DNA of 64,000 nucleotides, taken from contig CAYOOO010000005.1 in NCBI GenBank assembly GCA_964405655.1, positions 6,335-70,334 on the forward strand. Reading direction: 5' to 3'. This DNA comes from an uncultured Gammaproteobacteria bacterium (GTDB taxonomy: Bacteria; Patescibacteriota; Microgenomatia; Daviesbacterales; UBA10151). This document shows, in pieces, positions 61,167 to 64,000 of this stretch (position 1 is the stretch's first letter; each line of letters opens with the position of its first letter). A program made the translations under genes and the position numbers. The notes beneath the pieces were generated by a model. That model was not told the DNA's origin and did no database searches. It worked only from the letters and a program-made list of their open reading frames with translations.

Positions 61167-62496
61167 ATTCAAAAATCAGCAAGCTGTCTCTTTCAGAGAT
61201 AAAAAAGTATTAATACTAGGTCTTGGTTTAAACCAAGGTGGGGTAGGGGCTGCTAAGTTTTTTGCCAAACATGGTGCTCAGGTTTTAGTGACTGATCTTA
61301 AATCTGAAAAGGAGCTGGAGCCTTCCTTAAAGCAGCTTAAAGGGTTTGAAAATATTGAGTATCACTTGGGTGGGCATAACTATGATGATATTGACTGGGC
61401 TGACTTAATTATCAGAAACCCAGCCCTAAGACCCGATAATCCATACCGTCTGGCAGCCCAAGCCTCACTCAAGAGGGTTGAGCTTGATATGGGAGTATTT
61501 CTGGATCATGTTGACAAAAAACAAGTTATTGCAGTAACAGGCACCAAAGGTAAATCAACAACCTCCTCACTTATCTTTGAGGCTTTGAAAGCAAATGGTA
61601 AAAAAGTTATTCATGCTGGCAATATTGGCAAAAGCGTCCTGGATTTTATTGATGAAATAGACAGAGATACTTTTGTAGTTTTAGAAGTTTCTTCGTTCCA
61701 GCTTGAGGCTTTTGATAAGCATAGCTTTGCCCCCAAGTGGGCAGTGATTACCAATATCTTCCCAGATCATCTTAATTACTACAAATCTCTCGAAGAATAT
61801 GTCGCTTCAAAAAAATTGATTGCCAAATATCAAACTAAAGAAGATAAGCTCTTTTTGCTAAAAGATGATCCTGTCACCAATCATCCCAGTTTCTTGGATA
61901 GAATAACTTCACAAATTATTCTTTTTTCTAAGACCAATTTACCAAAAGATTTTCATCCTTTATTAATTGGTGAACACAACTTAAATAATATTGCTGCTGC
62001 TTTTTCTATAGCCCAAGATTTAGGCTTAGATCTAGATAAATCTTTACACGCTTTTAAAAACTTTAAAGGTGTTGAGTTTAGAATCCAGCTTATTAAAACC
62101 TGGCAAGGAGTGAAAATTTATAATGATACAACTGCTACTATGCCTGAGGCTGCGATCGAGTCTTTGAAAAGTCTGCCAAACTGCATTTTAATTTGTGGGG
62201 GAATGAACAAAGGTTTGGATTATAAAAATTTCGCTAAAGCTATCGAAAAATATGCCAAACTTGTCTATTTTATTGAGGGAGATGCGACTGATGAAATTAT
62301 CAAGCATGTTAAAAATAAATCCAAAATATTAGGTATCGGTAACAATTTAAAACAGGTGGTTCATTTTGTTACAAAACACGCTACGACTGGGGATGTCATT
62401 TTATTTTCTCCTGGAGCAACGTCTTTCAATTTCTGGCAAAATGAATTTGATAGGGGCAGAAAATTTAATCTGGCTGTGGAAGAGGTATTTAAATAA
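61150..62496 (+). CDS. murD: UDP-N-acetylmuramoyl-L-alanine--D-glutamate ligase (start possibly 61159)
   Basis: TGTKGKSTT, GNIG, EVSSFQL, PDHLN, SPGATSF. Confidence 0.95.
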   Translation: MSKMDEFKNQQAVSFRDKKVLILGLGLNQGGVGAAKFFAKHGAQVLVTDLKSEKELEPSLKQLKGFENIEYHLGGHNYDDIDWADLIIRNPALRPDNPYRLAAQASLKRVELDMGVFLDHVDKKQVIAVTGTKGKSTTSSLIFEALKANGKKVIHAGNIGKSVLDFIDEIDRDTFVVLEVSSFQLEAFDKHSFAPKWAVITNIFPDHLNYYKSLEEYVASKKLIAKYQTKEDKLFLLKDDPVTNHPSFLDRITSQIILFSKTNLPKDFHPLLIGEHNLNNIAAAFSIAQDLGLDLDKSLHAFKNFKGVEFRIQLIKTWQGVKIYNDTTATMPEAAIESLKSLPNCILICGGMNKGLDYKNFAKAIEKYAKLVYFIEGDATDEIIKHVKNKSKILGIGNNLKQVVHFVTKHATTGDVILFSPGATSFNFWQNEFDRGRKFNLAVEEVFK

Positions 62497-62498
62497 CG

Positions 62499-62927
62499 AT
62501 GGATGATTTTTATATGAGACTGGCTATTAATCAGGCTCTAAAATCTCGTGAACCGTTAAAGTGCGGAACTGTTATTGTAAAAAATAAAAAAGTAATTGCT
62601 AAAGCCTACAACTCCCAGCGAACCAGCCATGATCCTTCTGCCCATGCTGAGATTAAAGCCTTAAGGAGGGCTGGTAGAAGAATGGGTAGTAAATATATGC
62701 GAGGTTGTGTAGTTTATTCTACTCATGAACCTTGTTTAATGTGTCTATCAGCTCTGGTTTTTTCCGAAATTAAAAAATTGGTTTTTGGAATACCAACCCT
62801 AGAACACTCTCCAAAGGGCAAAACTATCAAGCTGTATATAGATGATTTTTTATCCTATATTCCTGCCACAAATAAATTTGAAGTTGTTAAAAACTTCTTG
62901 AAAGAAGAGGTCAGGAGAAAACTTTAG
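62499..62927 (+). CDS. TadA-like nucleoside deaminase
   Basis: AHAE and EPCLMC zinc motifs. Confidence 0.85.
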   Translation: MDDFYMRLAINQALKSREPLKCGTVIVKNKKVIAKAYNSQRTSHDPSAHAEIKALRRAGRRMGSKYMRGCVVYSTHEPCLMCLSALVFSEIKKLVFGIPTLEHSPKGKTIKLYIDDFLSYIPATNKFEVVKNFLKEEVRRKL

Positions 62928-63677
62928 GTGTATTCTAAAATAAACTCTTTAAACATCTATTACCAAAAGCTGGGCAAAGGTCAAGACTTGATCTTGTTAC
63001 ATGGTTGGAAACAGGATGTCTCAACCTGGTGGCCAATATTAGATCATCTTAAAGAATTTTATACTCTTTGGTTAATAGACTTGCCAGGTTTTGGCAGAAG
63101 CGATCTGCCTAAAAAACCATTTAATATCTTAGACTATGCAGACGTTGTGGGAGAATTTATTAAGAAAAATAAAATTAATAGGCCAGTTTTACTAGGGCAT
63201 TCCTTGGGTGGTAGGGTAGCCATTAAATTAGCTTGCCACCTCCGAGGTGTCAAGCTAGATAAGCTAATTTTAGAATCATCAGCTGGAATAAAACCTAAGA
63301 GAGATTATTTAAAACCTTTAATCTTTTCCTTAGCTAAATTTTCTCATCTTATTCCTAATTTATTTAACTTAAAAGAAAAGTTAACAGTCGCCTTTTATAA
63401 ATCTCTTAAGTCAGATTATCTTAATGCTGGACCATTAAAGCAGACTTTAAAAAACATTTTAGAGGAAGACCTAACAGATGATTTAGGCAAAATAGAAACA
63501 GAAACCTTACTTATTTGGGGAGAAAAAGATCCCACTAAAGAAACCTCGCCAAAATTTGCTAAAAAGATGTACCAACTAATTAAAAATTCCAGATTAGAAG
63601 TATTAGAAGATGTTGGACATTTCCCACACCTGGAAGCTCCAGAAAAGTTTATCTATTATGTTAAAGATTTTATCTGA
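62928..63677 (+). CDS. Alpha/beta hydrolase
   Basis: LHGW, DLPGFG, GHSLGG, GHFPH. Confidence 0.9.
   Translation: MYSKINSLNIYYQKLGKGQDLILLHGWKQDVSTWWPILDHLKEFYTLWLIDLPGFGRSDLPKKPFNILDYADVVGEFIKKNKINRPVLLGHSLGGRVAIKLACHLRGVKLDKLILESSAGIKPKRDYLKPLIFSLAKFSHLIPNLFNLKEKLTVAFYKSLKSDYLNAGPLKQTLKNILEEDLTDDLGKIETETLLIWGEKDPTKETSPKFAKKMYQLIKNSRLEVLEDVGHFPHLEAPEKFIYYVKDFI
63229..63257. repeat. REP-like hairpin inside hydrolase gene
   Basis: TAGCTTG-c-CACCTC-c-GAGGTG-t-CAAGCTA; shares AGGTGTCAAGCT with 56059-56070. Confidence 0.65.
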
Positions 63678-64000
63678 AATTTTCCCACTTTTTGATCACT
63701 TATATATCTACCAAAATTTGGAGTATTCCACCAAAGATTTTTTTGAGTGGTTTATGCACCATGCTTTTGCCAGGAACCTGCAAAGAAAACATAAATTGGA
63801 TCTGACTAGTAAAGCTTTACTTTTATCCACCCTAGCTGTTGTTTTAATAATTAAAGTATCTATACTTTCTGCTTGGCTGCTTTTCTTACCTCAATATTTA
63901 AAACCAGGCTGTGGCAACATTTTTATTTTAGCTACTCAAAGTAAGTTATTTTTACTGGCTGTACTGGCCTTTTTCGTCTTTTATTCTTTTTTCTCTCCTT
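63658..64000 (+). CDS. murF: 5' part of probable MurF with CPR-type N-terminal membrane region, runs off window
   Basis: Open frame MLKILSE..LYIYQNLEY..FFEW..QRKHKLDLTSKA; mur cluster context; catalytic part not visible. Confidence 0.55.
   Translation, partial: MLKILSEIFPLFDHLYIYQNLEYSTKDFFEWFMHHAFARNLQRKHKLDLTSKALLLSTLAVVLIIKVSILSAWLLFLPQYLKPGCGNIFILATQSKLFLLAVLAFFVFYSFFSP

Overview
Chromosomal window of a Candidate Phyla Radiation bacterium, Microgenomates-like. This is inferred from gene content, reduced PheT/AtpH/HolB/GlmU, many apparently leaderless genes and standard code 11. Core content: thrS-infC-rpmI-rplT-pheST, class A PBP, a putative cobalamin-scavenging pair, an F1Fo operon with atpC cut off by a 5-kb opposite-strand block, recG, rpmF, nusB-acp-rnc-rpsP-khpA-trmD, a large type IV pilus locus, holB, gyrB, glmU-like, murC, murD and partial murF. 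Most notable: (1) a wHTH+Cas2-like (PaaX-type) gene framed by ~46-bp palindromic inverted repeats, with a solo repeat copy 35 kb away and the same layout as a RAYT/REP element in this window; (2) a twice-repeated surface cassette (His/Cys putative metalloprotein, CRP-box promoter, YxNPF pilin-like microprotein, giant Cys-rich protein); (3) REP-like palindromes in frame inside recG, murC, pheT and a hydrolase, and a covarying hairpin inside two prepilin leader peptides; (4) a pseudoknotted three-way-junction RNA leader on rpsP; (5) an archaeal-type TyrRS with a C1:G72, V-arm-less tRNA-Tyr. All alignments and folds were done by eye.
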